The notes: a model not told the origin generated them from the sequence alone. Positions 29,596 through 43,167 are shown, numbered from the stretch's first letter. The stretch: DNA of 64,000 nucleotides from an uncultured Desulfurococcales archaeon (GCA_964526225.1 CAZGLL010000006.1:1328-65327), one strand, 5' to 3'. Numbers and translations are program-made.

Positions 29596-32500
29596 TTACG
29601 GAATAGACTTTATTTCTTCATAGAGTTCATCTAACACGTCTACGTAGTTTCTTTTGCCTTCTTCAATTTCGTCCATTATTTTCTCAAGCATTGCTGTCCG
29701 TTCCTCTGAAATTAACTGGAAATAGTTACGTGAAAGATATGTATAAACTTTAACGCCAAGATCAGTAGGTATCAGCTTCTTCGTCTTCTTTGATTCGATA
29801 ACGTAATTTCTTTGAAGTAGCGTTTGTATTATTTTAGCGTAAGTTGAAGGTCTACCTATTCCTCTCTCCTTCATAAGCTTCACTACATCACCTTGAGTGA
29901 AGAGGTGAACCTTGGGTTTCTCGATAATTTCAACTTTACTATAATACTTTCCGGTATCTAATTTCTTCTCTACTTGAATTATAGGGTATATTTCCAGGAA
30001 ACCTGGTTCAACTATTCCAACTATTCTTTCTAACTCTTTTTTCACACCTAGCACATTAACTTCTACTTTCTGCTTAATCACTTTAGCTTCAACCATCTGA
30101 CTTGCTATGAACCGTTTAAATATTAAATCATACAGTTTTATGTGATTCTTAGTTAAAGGCTTAATTGGTGTAATTATTCCTTCATTTATGAGCTTAAGTA
30201 ATCTTTCCGCATCAATAGGTCTAGTCGGCCTTATGCATTCATGAGCTCCTCCAACACCCCAACTTCTAGGTTTATACAGTTTTGAAGATTCAGCGCCGAA
30301 TGTATCTTCTAAATAGGCCTTTGCAACATATTGTCCAAATGTTGAAACTCTTACACTATCTGTTCTATGATACGTTATGAAGCCTTGTTCAAAAAGATCC
30401 TGTGCCAACTGCATTATTTCGTTAGCGCCAAGCCTTAGCTCACGTGATGCTTCAGTTAGCATAGTGTCCGTTGTAAATGGCGGAGGCGGAGAAATAGTTA
30501 CTTCCTCCACTCCCTTATCAACAATTTCTAACGCCACTTTTTCCTCAGGCTTTTCTACTTTAAGCTCTGATAGGGGTATTTCAAGCTTCAAAATGTTATC
30601 GACACTTATGATAGCATATTTTTCCCTCTCCTCTTTCCATTTTTTGTGTTGTTTTATTATCCATCCTAGTACTGGTGTTTGTACTCTTCCTGCTGATAGC
30701 CAGTGTTTTCCGAAAACACTCCAAAGCCTCCTCGAAAGTTCAAAACCAATCCAACGATCCTCAACACGCCTAACAACCTGAGCCTCAACGAGATATCTAT
30801 TGAATTCCCTAGGATTATCTAGGGCCTCAGTTATTGCTCTCTTCGTTACCTCATGAAACTCTATTCTCATAAGTTTTTTCGCATAAGGTCTTAAATGAAC
30901 CGCTATGTCCCAACCTATTTTTTCACCTTCAGTATCCGGATCTGTTCCTATAAGTACAAGGTCTACTTCCTCAGTTAATTCCTTAATGAAATTTATTGTT
31001 TCAAGAGAATCCCTTATATTTCTACTTCCACATTTAGGACAAACTTTGCCTTTTTCTTCAACATATTCTGTGAATTGATATCCGCAGTCTAAACATTTCT
31101 TAATAGTGTCATATACTGGAAGGTATGCGTCAACGTAATGGTCTCTCGGAACATATACTCCATGGAAACCTGGCGTTATGGCTAAATCGAAAACATGACC
31201 TCCAGTAGCGGTTATCATTAGCAAGTACTTGCCTGTAGTTATTTCGTATACTTTAAGATTACCCTTACGTCTAATAGTTGGTTTCCCGAAGAAATTAGCT
31301 ATTGTCCTTGCCTTATTAGGTGATTCAACTACTAAGAGCACTGTTTTGAACCACTCCCTAGCTTTTTCCACCTTAACTTTGCCTTCACGTACGGCTTTAA
31401 CAAGCTCCCTATCTTTATTTATTTCCTCAAGAATCTTCGATAACTCTAAGAAGTTAAAATCTACGAACTCTGCTTCCTCAATAGTCCATTTCAACCTTCT
31501 ACTTAAACCGAAGAATAATCTTTCGTCGTCAACTACAACTACTGATAAACCCTTAGTTATACCTCCAACAAACATTCTCGAAGTTCTTCCGCTAGCTTGA
31601 ATATATGTCATAACATCAGGCACTAAAATGAACATTCTACCTTCTTCTTCTATGACAGCTATTTCTTTAAGCTCCCTTATTTTCTGCTTTATTTCAGGAT
31701 CTTCCATAAGTTTTCTCGCGTACTGCAATGCCTCAGAAAATACTTTTTCAACATCTGTTTCAGGCTTCTTACCTTGGCGTAATTTTTCTGTGAGCTCCGC
31801 TATTGCAGCTTGCGGTGCAACTGCAAGATACTTTCTTATTTTAACTATTAGTCTGTCTATAGTTTCTCTTTCGCTTCTTTCACCGATAACTTCTCGTACT
31901 ATTATAAGAGCCCTTAGAATATTTAGTGGATGAGGATCCTCTAGTTTAGTACTGAACTTGAATCTTGGTATTCCTGCGAAAACAGCGTATCTTACTGCTT
32001 CCGGTAAGTCAAGACCTCTCACCATTACTCCGTAGTATGTTGCAACACCTACTAGAACATCAACTTCTCCTTTGGAAAATTCTTCAAGAGCCTTAATTTC
32101 TTTAGAAGTAAAGACTTTAGCTACAACACCGTTTTCACATAGTTTCTTAGCTAAGTACTCTGCATATTCAACACCTTTATCTACAGGTACGAAAATAAGC
32201 CCTCCTTTACCTAAAAGCTTCACTATTCTTACAACTTCATTTTCGATAGTGTCTTTAGGCCTAACATAAGAATCAATAATTGCTCTTAAGAACTCCGATC
32301 TTGTACCTACTTCGAAACCTAGAAGTTCTCTGAAGAGCTTAACACGTAAGCCTCTAGGTCTACCTGTAGCGCTAGAAACTATCAGTATAGTCTTCGTTTT
32401 CTTAGAAATATTTTCAACTAATTTTTGAAGTTTCCTAATCTCTTTACTAAGTTTAATGTATTCTTCGCTTCCAGCTTTCAAAGTTGAAATTCTACGTTTA

Positions 32501-33261
32501 GCTCTAATAAGTTTAAATGTTAACTCTATATCCTCCTGAGTGAAACCCATTATCATAAGTATCCTATCTACGTTCTTAGAACTCTTCAATATCGCGTCAA
32601 CATCGTCCACAACTATGAACTTAAACTTTTTACCTAAAAGTTTCTCATAATGTGATGTTAGAAATCTTGATGTTGTTACTAATATGTGAAATTCTCCATT
32701 AACTATTTTCTCCAACGCTTCTTTTTTACTTTTAGAACTAAGTTTTGCATGATAAGCTACGACACTTATTTTAGCGTTTAATTTTTCTACAAATTCTTTA
32801 AGCCTATCGTAGACCTGTACTACTAAAGGTGTCGTTGGCAATATTATGTATGATTTTTGGTTTTTTAAGGCAAAGTATATCGACATTACCATTGCGAAAG
32901 CTGTTTTCCCAACACCTGTTGGCGCTACTATTGAGAAGCTTTGCCCCTTAAGAACTCTTTTAGCCCATGTTTCCTGAGCATTCCACATCCTATTTCCTAT
33001 GAGTTTTTCAAATAACTTGTTTATTTCATTAAGTTCGGAAATGAGATTTTTCAGTAAACGTAAATTACGTAGTTTACTAAGTTTCTCAGTTAACTCTATC
33101 ACTTTCTCATGGGTTGGCTCTTTCATCAGCGCTAAAGCGTCAGTAACGTGTAAGGGTAAGCATTTTTCGCATGGTAGCATATGTTGTAGACGTAGGTCCG
33201 AAATTTCGCCTCCGCAGTTAATGCATCCGTACCTGTATATTCCATGAGGAACTTCTATCAA
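29596..33261 (-). CDS. rgy: Reverse gyrase
   Basis: N-terminal Zn finger, APTGVGKT, VDDVD, second Zn finger, VESPNKA Toprim, ITYHRTDS catalytic Tyr, GIGRPSTYA. Confidence 0.97.
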   Translation of the reverse strand: MIEVPHGIYRYGCINCGGEISDLRLQHMLPCEKCLPLHVTDALALMKEPTHEKVIELTEKLSKLRNLRLLKNLISELNEINKLFEKLIGNRMWNAQETWAKRVLKGQSFSIVAPTGVGKTAFAMVMSIYFALKNQKSYIILPTTPLVVQVYDRLKEFVEKLNAKISVVAYHAKLSSKSKKEALEKIVNGEFHILVTTSRFLTSHYEKLLGKKFKFIVVDDVDAILKSSKNVDRILMIMGFTQEDIELTFKLIRAKRRISTLKAGSEEYIKLSKEIRKLQKLVENISKKTKTILIVSSATGRPRGLRVKLFRELLGFEVGTRSEFLRAIIDSYVRPKDTIENEVVRIVKLLGKGGLIFVPVDKGVEYAEYLAKKLCENGVVAKVFTSKEIKALEEFSKGEVDVLVGVATYYGVMVRGLDLPEAVRYAVFAGIPRFKFSTKLEDPHPLNILRALIIVREVIGERSERETIDRLIVKIRKYLAVAPQAAIAELTEKLRQGKKPETDVEKVFSEALQYARKLMEDPEIKQKIRELKEIAVIEEEGRMFILVPDVMTYIQASGRTSRMFVGGITKGLSVVVVDDERLFFGLSRRLKWTIEEAEFVDFNFLELSKILEEINKDRELVKAVREGKVKVEKAREWFKTVLLVVESPNKARTIANFFGKPTIRRKGNLKVYEITTGKYLLMITATGGHVFDLAITPGFHGVYVPRDHYVDAYLPVYDTIKKCLDCGYQFTEYVEEKGKVCPKCGSRNIRDSLETINFIKELTEEVDLVLIGTDPDTEGEKIGWDIAVHLRPYAKKLMRIEFHEVTKRAITEALDNPREFNRYLVEAQVVRRVEDRWIGFELSRRLWSVFGKHWLSAGRVQTPVLGWIIKQHKKWKEEREKYAIISVDNILKLEIPLSELKVEKPEEKVALEIVDKGVEEVTISPPPPFTTDTMLTEASRELRLGANEIMQLAQDLFEQGFITYHRTDSVRVSTFGQYVAKAYLEDTFGAESSKLYKPRSWGVGGAHECIRPTRPIDAERLLKLINEGIITPIKPLTKNHIKLYDLIFKRFIASQMVEAKVIKQKVEVNVLGVKKELERIVGIVEPGFLEIYPIIQVEKKLDTGKYYSKVEIIEKPKVHLFTQGDVVKLMKERGIGRPSTYAKIIQTLLQRNYVIESKKTKKLIPTDLGVKVYTYLSRNYFQLISEERTAMLEKIMDEIEEGKRNYVDVLDELYEEIKSIP

Positions 33262-33391
33262 GCCCTATTTCACCGAGTATTCCATGTTTCTATAATAGTT
33301 TGCCTTCCGCACCTAATATGTAATATGCTTCCTACTTAAAAGTCTAAGTTTAGCAAGAAAACAGTATTGCTAAATTTAAGGAGGGAAAAAT

Positions 33392-34150
33392 TTAAACATG
33401 CTCTTCGAAAACACCTGTCCTTGTAATCTTAAGTACTTTGTTCGGGTACACTATTATGCCTTTATCTGTTATTTCAAATGGATGCCTTCTCATACTGTGA
33501 GATGTTCCACGCATCTTCCATACTATGAGCGACCTCTTTAACTCACCGCCTATTTCGTCTAGATCAAGCCTTATTATACCGTCTGCTGCATGCTCCACAC
33601 CTGGTCCGCCAAATCCTCTTTCAGTAACTGAGACTTGTGAAACAAGTATTGATGTTACTCCTAGGCCGGAGAGCACTCTCTTAAGCTGCATTACAATATT
33701 CCTAGCGACTGCAGGCTTCGTTAAATACAGTGTTGAAACAGAGTCTATCACGCCTCTAACGGCTCCCACATCCCTAATGGCTTCTTTAAGTACGTCTACA
33801 AGGCTCATAACATCTGTTGGATCTCTAACAACGTATCTTTCTCTCTTAGCTGCCTCACCTATGCCACCAGTAAAAGCATCGACCATCGCAAAAAGCCCTT
33901 TTTCCTCATATTTCCTAACATCCCATCCGAACTGCGACATGTTTATTCTTACTTGTACAGGATGCTCCTCTAGTGCCACGAAAACTCCTGGTTCGCCATT
34001 TAATAAACCATAATATAGATACTGTTGCCCGAAAATGCTTTTACCAGTGCCTGGACCTCCCGAGAGAAGTACTACGTTTCTTTTAGGTATTCCACCGTGA
34101 AGTACTTCGTCCATTCCGGGAATTCCTGTTTTAACTCTCTCTATAGGCAT
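33392..34150 (-). CDS. Single-domain KaiC/RecA-like ATPase (Ph0284-like)
   Basis: [37 protein letters not shown]. Confidence 0.9.
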   Translation of the reverse strand: MPIERVKTGIPGMDEVLHGGIPKRNVVLLSGGPGTGKSIFGQQYLYYGLLNGEPGVFVALEEHPVQVRINMSQFGWDVRKYEEKGLFAMVDAFTGGIGEAAKRERYVVRDPTDVMSLVDVLKEAIRDVGAVRGVIDSVSTLYLTKPAVARNIVMQLKRVLSGLGVTSILVSQVSVTERGFGGPGVEHAADGIIRLDLDEIGGELKRSLIVWKMRGTSHSMRRHPFEITDKGIIVYPNKVLKITRTGVFEEHV

Positions 34151-34308
34151 GTCTAAGCCACCGAAACTTGTTCTCTTTTTAAAGATAAATAAGTTTATCT
34201 AAAATTTTAGTATCCCAACAATACGTTATAATATGGATGCTTTACTTAAAAGTTTAATAAGAGCATAAATAGTATCTAGTTAAGGACAATTAAGTGAGGT
34301 GAATGTAG

Positions 34309-36498
<2,190 letters not shown>

Positions 36499-36596
36499 TA
36501 ACTTAAACTTTTACCTACTTCAATAATTACTTCAAATAATCACAGCAAAAACCAAAGTTTAAACCGGATATAATGTTCTCCCGAGGAGCAATGGAT

Positions 36597-39062
36597 ATGT
36601 CCAAAACGAGAAAGAATGCATCGTTAACACTAAGCAGGTATGTTCCAGCATCATATGTTAAGCTCCTTAGAAAGCTTAAAAACTCGCTGAATGAAGCTTT
36701 TAGACTTAATCATAGGAGAATGATTGTTCTTTCAGGTTCCGATTTTGAGAAACAAGCGTATGTTCTTGTTAAAACAATTTTAACTTTCTATAAGTTCTGG
36801 AAATCTACGGTGAAAACATATCCGAAAATAGCATATTTCCTACATAAAGACATGCCTAAGGAGAGAAAGAAATCTGAAATAGTTTTAGAAATTCTTAAAG
36901 CGAAAACGAAGAAACTAGGTTTAGAGCTTGTAGATTATAAAGATACGGAAGAGTACTTAGGCACAACATATGACATGCTGATTTTGGATCTAACATCTAA
37001 TCTCAAACCTAATGATATAGGTAGGTTAATCGGCATAGTTAGAGGAGGAGGACTTATAGTTCTCTTAATACCCGAGTGGGATGAGTGGGAAAAAACACTT
37101 ACACTATTTCAAAGGGAACTAGCTACCCCTCAACATCCTGAAAATGAGGTTAGACAAATCTTTAAGAAATGGTTTAAGAGGAAACTTTTAGAACATAACG
37201 GGATATTTGTTTACAATGTTGATAAAAGAAAAACAATTAAAACACTAAAGGAGGAAAGCCATGAGAATTTGCTAAACGAAATTAAAGAGAGAACTTTGAA
37301 AATACCTGAGAAAACAGTTTATCCGAAAGAACTTTATCACCTAGCGTTAACACAGGATCAAGTAAATGTTCTTAAGTTGACGGAGAAGTTTGTGGAAAAA
37401 CCTCGAGGTAAGAAGCTTGTTTTAGTTCTAACAGCTAATAGAGGGCGCGGAAAGTCTTGTGCATTAGGTATTGCTGTTGCAGGATTTATAAATGAACTTA
37501 AAAAAGTTAAAAACCGTGTTAGAGTTTTAGTGACCGCACCTAAGCCAACTAACGTTCAGTCATTTATGATGCTTCTTATGAAGTCTCTGGATAAACTGAA
37601 ATTAAAATATAAAGTTATTGAGAGAAGAAGAAAAATAATTGAAGTGAAGGGTGAAAAATTTAGCGTCGAATATTGGGAACCAATAAATATTCCAAAGATG
37701 AAAGCTGATTTAGTTGTGGTAGATGAAGCAGCAGGATTGCAAGTCCCGATGCTACTGAAAATATGGAAAGCACATAAGAGAACAATGTTTTCAAGTACAA
37801 TACATGGTTACGAAGGGGCTGGAAGAGGATTCTCCATAAGGTTCTTAAAGTATGTTAAGAATGATCCAAAAACAGATCTCATAGAATACGAAATGGTAGA
37901 GCCTATAAGATATTCAGAAAACGATCCTATAGAGAAATGGCAGTTCGATACATTACTGCTTAATGCTGAACCTGAAAAACTAACCCTAGAGGACCTCAAG
38001 CATATTGAAGAAGGCCGTCTAGTATATGTTAAACCCGATCTTGAAGAATGGTTTTCTAAAGAAGGCGAATACTTGTTAAGACAGTTTTTCGGAATATACG
38101 TGCTAGCTCATTACAGGAATGAACCTGACGATCTAGGAATGATGGCTGATGCTCCACATCACACTATAAGGGCTGTAATGCTTCCTTCAGGAAAAATCGT
38201 ATGTTCAATGCAGCTTGCAGAGGAAGGTCCCATACCCGAGGATATGGTCGATGACCTGCTAAGAGGTGGTAGAATACCAGGGAACATTATTCCAGATAGA
38301 GTCCTTAAACATGTTAGAATAAGGGAATTTAGCAAAACAATTGGTTGGAGAATTGTTAGAATAGCTACACACCCTGATGTCATGGGGAAGGGCATAGGTA
38401 GTTTTGCATTAGCTAACATAATTAAAGAAGCGTATGAGAGAGGTTATGACTGGGTTGGTGCTGGCTTTGGCGTTACAGAGCAATTACTTCGATTTTGGCT
38501 TAAAAACGGCTTCATACCTGTTCACATGTCACCCGATAGAAACCCCGTAAGTGGAGAATACACAATTCTCGTCCTTTACCCCCTATCAGATTTAACTAGG
38601 AAAATCGTTAAAATAGCTAATAAATCATTCAAGTTGAAGATAATAGACGCCCTACATGATAGCTATAGAGAGTTAGAAACAAACGTTGCACTCCTAATTC
38701 TTAAAGCAGGCGAAACTATAGATCCCAACTATACTCCAAAAATGGATCCTATAAGATGGGATAGATTGAGAATATATTCTTACGGGCCTATGACATACGA
38801 AGCAGCATGTGATGTAATGTTCGAACTTGCTAGAGCATATTTTATAAGTCATCCAAGGTTTAAAACTAAGCTTTCGAAAATCGAAGAGTACATATTGGTT
38901 TCACGCGTATTACAAGCTAAAAACTGGGAGGCAATAGCTGAGAAGCTAAATAAGAAACAACATTTCATAATGATGAAGCTTAAGGAAATAGCTGGGAAAA
39001 TAGCTAAAGCTTTTTTAGGATCAAAGGAACCTAAAGGAGTTACTCTATTTGATGTTGAATAA
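36597..39062 (+). CDS. tmcA: tRNA/rRNA cytidine acetyltransferase TmcA/Nat10 (start uncertain: 36573, 36591 or 36597)
   Basis: ANRGRGKS helicase P-loop, DEAAGL, STIHGYEGAGRGF, AHYRNEPDDL, RIATHP...GKGIGS GNAT domain. Confidence 0.95.
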   Translation: MSKTRKNASLTLSRYVPASYVKLLRKLKNSLNEAFRLNHRRMIVLSGSDFEKQAYVLVKTILTFYKFWKSTVKTYPKIAYFLHKDMPKERKKSEIVLEILKAKTKKLGLELVDYKDTEEYLGTTYDMLILDLTSNLKPNDIGRLIGIVRGGGLIVLLIPEWDEWEKTLTLFQRELATPQHPENEVRQIFKKWFKRKLLEHNGIFVYNVDKRKTIKTLKEESHENLLNEIKERTLKIPEKTVYPKELYHLALTQDQVNVLKLTEKFVEKPRGKKLVLVLTANRGRGKSCALGIAVAGFINELKKVKNRVRVLVTAPKPTNVQSFMMLLMKSLDKLKLKYKVIERRRKIIEVKGEKFSVEYWEPINIPKMKADLVVVDEAAGLQVPMLLKIWKAHKRTMFSSTIHGYEGAGRGFSIRFLKYVKNDPKTDLIEYEMVEPIRYSENDPIEKWQFDTLLLNAEPEKLTLEDLKHIEEGRLVYVKPDLEEWFSKEGEYLLRQFFGIYVLAHYRNEPDDLGMMADAPHHTIRAVMLPSGKIVCSMQLAEEGPIPEDMVDDLLRGGRIPGNIIPDRVLKHVRIREFSKTIGWRIVRIATHPDVMGKGIGSFALANIIKEAYERGYDWVGAGFGVTEQLLRFWLKNGFIPVHMSPDRNPVSGEYTILVLYPLSDLTRKIVKIANKSFKLKIIDALHDSYRELETNVALLILKAGETIDPNYTPKMDPIRWDRLRIYSYGPMTYEAACDVMFELARAYFISHPRFKTKLSKIEEYILVSRVLQAKNWEAIAEKLNKKQHFIMMKLKEIAGKIAKAFLGSKEPKGVTLFDVE

Positions 39063-39209
39063 TCTTCGAAGTCTTAAATTATAGTCTATGATGCTCTTCT
39101 ATGACATTCTTATTCTTTCCTTAGAGAAAACTAGCTAATAAGATATATAGGAGTTGCTAGGAGAACTACGGGATAGAAGAAATATTCGACCAAAACGAGG
39201 CGCTGAACG

Positions 39210-41726
39210 ATGACAGCATCTGAAGATAAGTCTAAAGCAATAATTCTATGGTTTGAACAGCTAAGAAAAGAGGACGTACCTATAGTTGGAGGCAAAAACG
39301 CGAACCTAGGGGAAATGATAAATGCAGGAATACCTGTTCCACCAGGTTTCGCCGTAACAGCATATGCCTATAAGAAGTTCCTTGAAGAAACAGGTCTTTC
39401 AAATAAAATAGCTCAGACGCTTAAGGAAACCATAGTTAAAGGCGAACCACAGGAATATGAGGAAGCAAGCAAGAAAATACAGAAGCTAATAATCGAATCC
39501 CCTATGCCAAAATATATTGAAGAGAAAATAAGGGAGGCATATAGGGAACTTAATCGTAGACTAGGGTTAGAAAATGTAAGAGTCGCTGTAAGAAGCTCAG
39601 CAACAGCAGAGGATTTACCTGATGCAAGTTTCGCAGGTCAGCAAGAAACTTATCTTAATGTCATAGGCGAAGATGAAGTGGTTAAAAAGGTTAAAGAGTG
39701 CTGGGCTAGCTTATGGACGGCTAGAGCAATTTATTATCGTGAAAGTAAAGGTTTCGATCATTCAAAAGTTCTCATATCCGTAGCCGTTCAAAAAATGGTA
39801 AATTCTAGATCAGCCGGAGTTATGTTTACCCTACACCCAGTGACTGGAGATGAAAACGTAATAGTTATTGAAGGTTCTTGGGGCTTAGGCGAAACCGTTG
39901 TTCAGGGAAGAGTAACACCCGATGAAATAGTTGTTGATAAGAAAACTTTGAAAATAACTGAGAAAACAGTAAACGAAAAAGCTATCGCATTACTTTTCGA
40001 CCCAATAGGAAGGAGGAACGTCGAAGTAGAACTTCCAGCAGACGAAAAAGATCTCGTAAAAATCTCTGAAAAATATCCCGAAATAGCTAAGGTAATTAAG
40101 AAATATGGTATGTTTAGAAATGCGCCATCACTTTCAGATGAAGAAGCTGTTAAGTTAGCAGAGTTAGCTAAGAAAATAGAGGAACACTATGGAAGAGCAA
40201 TGGACATAGAGTGGGCTATAGATCAAGACCTACCTTATCCGCAGAACGTATTCATAGTTCAAGCAAGACCCGAAACAGTATGGAGTACTAAAAAAGCTAA
40301 GGAAGCAAAACTTGAAAAAGAAGCGGCACCAGCTAAAGCACCAGCTGAAAGAAGAATTCTTGTAAGAGGATTACCTGCAAGTCCCGGTGTAGCCATAGGT
40401 GTGGCTAAAGTTGCATTAACTGTTGAGGAAGCAGCTAAGCTAATGAAGAAAGGTGACATACTAGTAACTAAAATGACCGATCCCGACTGGGTACCTTACA
40501 TGAAACTTGCAGCAGCAATAGTTACTGATGAAGGCGGAATGACCGCGCATGCCGCTATAGTTTCGAGAGAACTAGGAATACCTTGTATTGTAGGTACAAA
40601 GAATGCAACTCAAGCACTGAAAACGGGAATGGAAGTAACGGTTGATGCTACTCATGGAATAGTGTATGAAGGTAGAGTTGAGGAATTACTTAAGAAGGAA
40701 GAGGAGAAGGCAGCGGCACCAGGTGTTGCAGCAGTAGGTATACCTAAGGAGGTAATGCACGAAATATTCCCAGTTACAGCAACAAAAATCTACATGAACC
40801 TTGGAGAACCCGATATGATAGATAAATACATTGACCTACCATTTGATGGAATAGGCCTCATGAGAATAGAGTTCATAATTTCAGACTGGATAGCTTACCA
40901 CCCACTGTACTTGATAAAAATAGGTAAGCCAGAGGAGTTCGTAAACAAACTAGCTGACGGAATAGCGAAGGTTGCTCAAGCAATATATCCGAGACCGGTA
41001 GTTGTAAGATTTAGCGATTTCAAAACAAATGAGTATAGAGGATTAAAGGGTGGAGAAGAATTCGAACCTGAAGAAAGAAATCCGATGATAGGATGGCGTG
41101 GCGTTTCAAGATATGTTTCACCAGAGTACGAACCAGGATTCAGACTTGAGCTAAGAGCAATAAGGAAGGTTCGTGAAGAATATGGATTATCAAATGTTTG
41201 GGTTATGCTACCGTTCGTAAGGACAACATGGGAAGTTGAGAAAGCACTTAAAATAATGGAAGAGGAAGGTCTTAAGAGATCGAAAGACTTCAAAGTATGG
41301 ATTATGGCAGAAGTGCCTTCAGTAATATTCTTAGCAGATAAGTTTAGCGAATTAGTTGACGGATTCAGTATTGGAAGTAATGACCTTACACAGTTAATAC
41401 TTGGAGCGGATAGAGACTCAGCAATTCTTGGAAGACTAGGGTACTTCGATGAAAGAGACCCAGCAGTAATGAGAGCAATAGCGCACCTAATAGAGGTAGC
41501 GCATGCCTACGGGAGAACAGTTTCAATATGTGGTCAAGCACCAAGCGTTTATCCTGAATTCACAGAATTCCTTGTAAGACACGGAATAGACAGCATAAGC
41601 GTCAATCCAGACGTAGTCATTAAAACAAGAAGGCTTGTAGCAAGTATTGAAAGAAAGATCATGTTGGAAAGACTTGAAAAACTAACAAAACAAGCAACTA
41701 AGAAACTATGGGAACCTAAGTGGTAA
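39210..41726 (+). CDS. ppsA: Phosphoenolpyruvate synthase (pyruvate, water dikinase)
   Basis: [42 protein letters not shown] (phospho-His), [19 protein letters not shown]. Confidence 0.97.
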   Translation: MTASEDKSKAIILWFEQLRKEDVPIVGGKNANLGEMINAGIPVPPGFAVTAYAYKKFLEETGLSNKIAQTLKETIVKGEPQEYEEASKKIQKLIIESPMPKYIEEKIREAYRELNRRLGLENVRVAVRSSATAEDLPDASFAGQQETYLNVIGEDEVVKKVKECWASLWTARAIYYRESKGFDHSKVLISVAVQKMVNSRSAGVMFTLHPVTGDENVIVIEGSWGLGETVVQGRVTPDEIVVDKKTLKITEKTVNEKAIALLFDPIGRRNVEVELPADEKDLVKISEKYPEIAKVIKKYGMFRNAPSLSDEEAVKLAELAKKIEEHYGRAMDIEWAIDQDLPYPQNVFIVQARPETVWSTKKAKEAKLEKEAAPAKAPAERRILVRGLPASPGVAIGVAKVALTVEEAAKLMKKGDILVTKMTDPDWVPYMKLAAAIVTDEGGMTAHAAIVSRELGIPCIVGTKNATQALKTGMEVTVDATHGIVYEGRVEELLKKEEEKAAAPGVAAVGIPKEVMHEIFPVTATKIYMNLGEPDMIDKYIDLPFDGIGLMRIEFIISDWIAYHPLYLIKIGKPEEFVNKLADGIAKVAQAIYPRPVVVRFSDFKTNEYRGLKGGEEFEPEERNPMIGWRGVSRYVSPEYEPGFRLELRAIRKVREEYGLSNVWVMLPFVRTTWEVEKALKIMEEEGLKRSKDFKVWIMAEVPSVIFLADKFSELVDGFSIGSNDLTQLILGADRDSAILGRLGYFDERDPAVMRAIAHLIEVAHAYGRTVSICGQAPSVYPEFTEFLVRHGIDSISVNPDVVIKTRRLVASIERKIMLERLEKLTKQATKKLWEPKW

Positions 41727-41727
41727 G

Positions 41728-42531
41728 CTAAGGTAACTCATAATACTTTCTCTCTTCAGACTCAATAACTTTTTCAGTAATGCTCTTGGGTAGAATAGTG
41801 TCTTCCTTCCTATAGATTGTAGGTTTCTTAACACGCATGCCATAACCATTAACTATTTCTATTTCATACATTCTTAAATCATGGTCTGTTTGCCTCATTT
41901 TCTCAACAATAACGTACCTTTTAAGCTCACCTTTAACCACAGCTTTCCTAAACCTAATTATTCCATCACCTATATGTTCTATTCCGAAGCCGAAACCTAG
42001 CGACGTAGTAACAGCGTATTGAGATACAGCAAGTATTGTGAAATCCCATTTGCTAAGAACACGCTTAATAAAGTACGAATACTTTCTAGCCATGGCTGGT
42101 TTATCAAGCCAGAAAGCGGAAAGTGCATCTAAAACAAGCCTTGCTCTACCATAGCCTAAAGCCTTCTTAGCCTCGATAACCTTAGCTACTAGGTCTTCAA
42201 CATTCAATGTCGTAAGAGACCATATATCGCCGGGAGATCCCATTAATGCATCTATTATTATGAGTCTTCCGTCGTCAATGGCTTTTTCAAAGTCCCAGCC
42301 GAAAAGAGAAGCTTGCTTAATTATTGATTCTCTAGACTCCTCAGTTGTCACATAGACGTTTTTATCGCCCTCAATTATCCCCTGATTTATGAATGACATG
42401 CAGAAAATAGTTTTCCCTGTTCCGGGCTCTCCAACAACAGCTACAAAGAAACCTCTGGGAATTCCGCCGCCAATAAGCTTATCGAAACCTTCAACTCCAG
42501 TAGATAGTCTTTCTATTGAGACCTTAACCAC
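41728..42531 (-). CDS. Single-domain KaiC/RecA-like ATPase (PAE1156-like)
   Basis: LSTGVEGFD, GEPGTGKT, DKPAMARKYSY, GFGIEHIGDGII, KMRQTDH. Confidence 0.88.
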   Translation of the reverse strand: MVKVSIERLSTGVEGFDKLIGGGIPRGFFVAVVGEPGTGKTIFCMSFINQGIIEGDKNVYVTTEESRESIIKQASLFGWDFEKAIDDGRLIIIDALMGSPGDIWSLTTLNVEDLVAKVIEAKKALGYGRARLVLDALSAFWLDKPAMARKYSYFIKRVLSKWDFTILAVSQYAVTTSLGFGFGIEHIGDGIIRFRKAVVKGELKRYVIVEKMRQTDHDLRMYEIEIVNGYGMRVKKPTIYRKEDTILPKSITEKVIESEERKYYELP

Positions 42532-42597
42532 TACAGCTCACTTCGAGTTTTCCTCAGAAATATTTATTGGCGGAGGTAGAATATGAAATATTATTAG

Positions 42598-42651
42598 ATG
42601 ATGAAGCTCGAAAGGTCAGAGATAGTCCATGAAGAACCCGCGCAGGACTGA
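42598..42651 (+). ncRNA. C/D box guide sRNA (probable tRNA targets)
   Basis: ATGATGA(C)-AGCTCGAAAGGT-CAGA(D')-GATAGTCC-ATGAAGA(C')-ACCCGCGCAGGA-CTGA(D), with canonical 12-nt guides. Confidence 0.85.
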
Positions 42652-42690
42652 ATAAAAGCATTTAAAAACACACTTCTAAACTTAAATGAA

Positions 42691-42762
42691 TGCAATGATG
42701 ACCTCGGGGCTCGAGGCAATGATCCGCTTATGGAAATGACGGAGTAGTCCCATCGCTGAGCA
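42691..42762 (+). ncRNA. Extended C/D box sRNA with internal hairpins
   Basis: TGC-A-ATGATGA(C)-CCTCGGGGCTCGAGGCA-ATGA(D')-TCCGCTTATGGA-AATGACG(C')-GAGTAGTCCCATCG-CTGA(D)-GCA. Confidence 0.7.
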
Positions 42763-42765
42763 GTT

Positions 42766-43167
42766 TTATTCAATAAGCATATCTTTTCTACCAAACCTTC
42801 TCGTTAGAATATCTTTTACGTCACGGCTAAGTTCTTCTTTTTCAATATCCTCTAGTAAATCTTTAAACTTAATTTCCCTAGCTTCTAAACCGCATGTTCC
42901 ATCAGGTAGCATCGCTCTTTTAACGCAATAAGCATATTGGCAACGATAGCCTATGCATAAGTCTCCAGTCCATCGACACATAGCTATCTTTTTAGGCTTA
43001 CCTCTGTAGAACCTAGTAGCAATAACTAAGGCGTTTTTAGCACATTTAAAATAAGGGCATAGGGGAAAGCATTGCTTCTTAGAAGGCTTCTTCGTTACCT
43101 TCTCTGCTCTTGTTTTTAAGGGAGTTCTTGAGAAAGAGGGGAATCTGTTGTCTTTGTTGTTTTTCAA
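42766..43167 (-). CDS. Cys-rich conserved hypothetical protein downstream of endA
   Basis: Eight Cys (C-x3-C-x4-C...CRWTGDLCIGYRCQYAYC...C); SD GAGGTG before the TTG. Confidence 0.7.
   Translation of the reverse strand: MKNNKDNRFPSFSRTPLKTRAEKVTKKPSKKQCFPLCPYFKCAKNALVIATRFYRGKPKKIAMCRWTGDLCIGYRCQYAYCVKRAMLPDGTCGLEAREIKFKDLLEDIEKEELSRDVKDILTRRFGRKDMLIE

Noticed and set aside
39085-39225. ATGATG/CTGA words upstream of ppsA as another C/D sRNA
   Set aside because: Box spacing does not give two guides of about 12 nt and there is no terminal stem.
42594-42794. 66-aa minus-strand ORF
   Set aside because: It is the antisense of two C/D sRNAs with clear box architecture.
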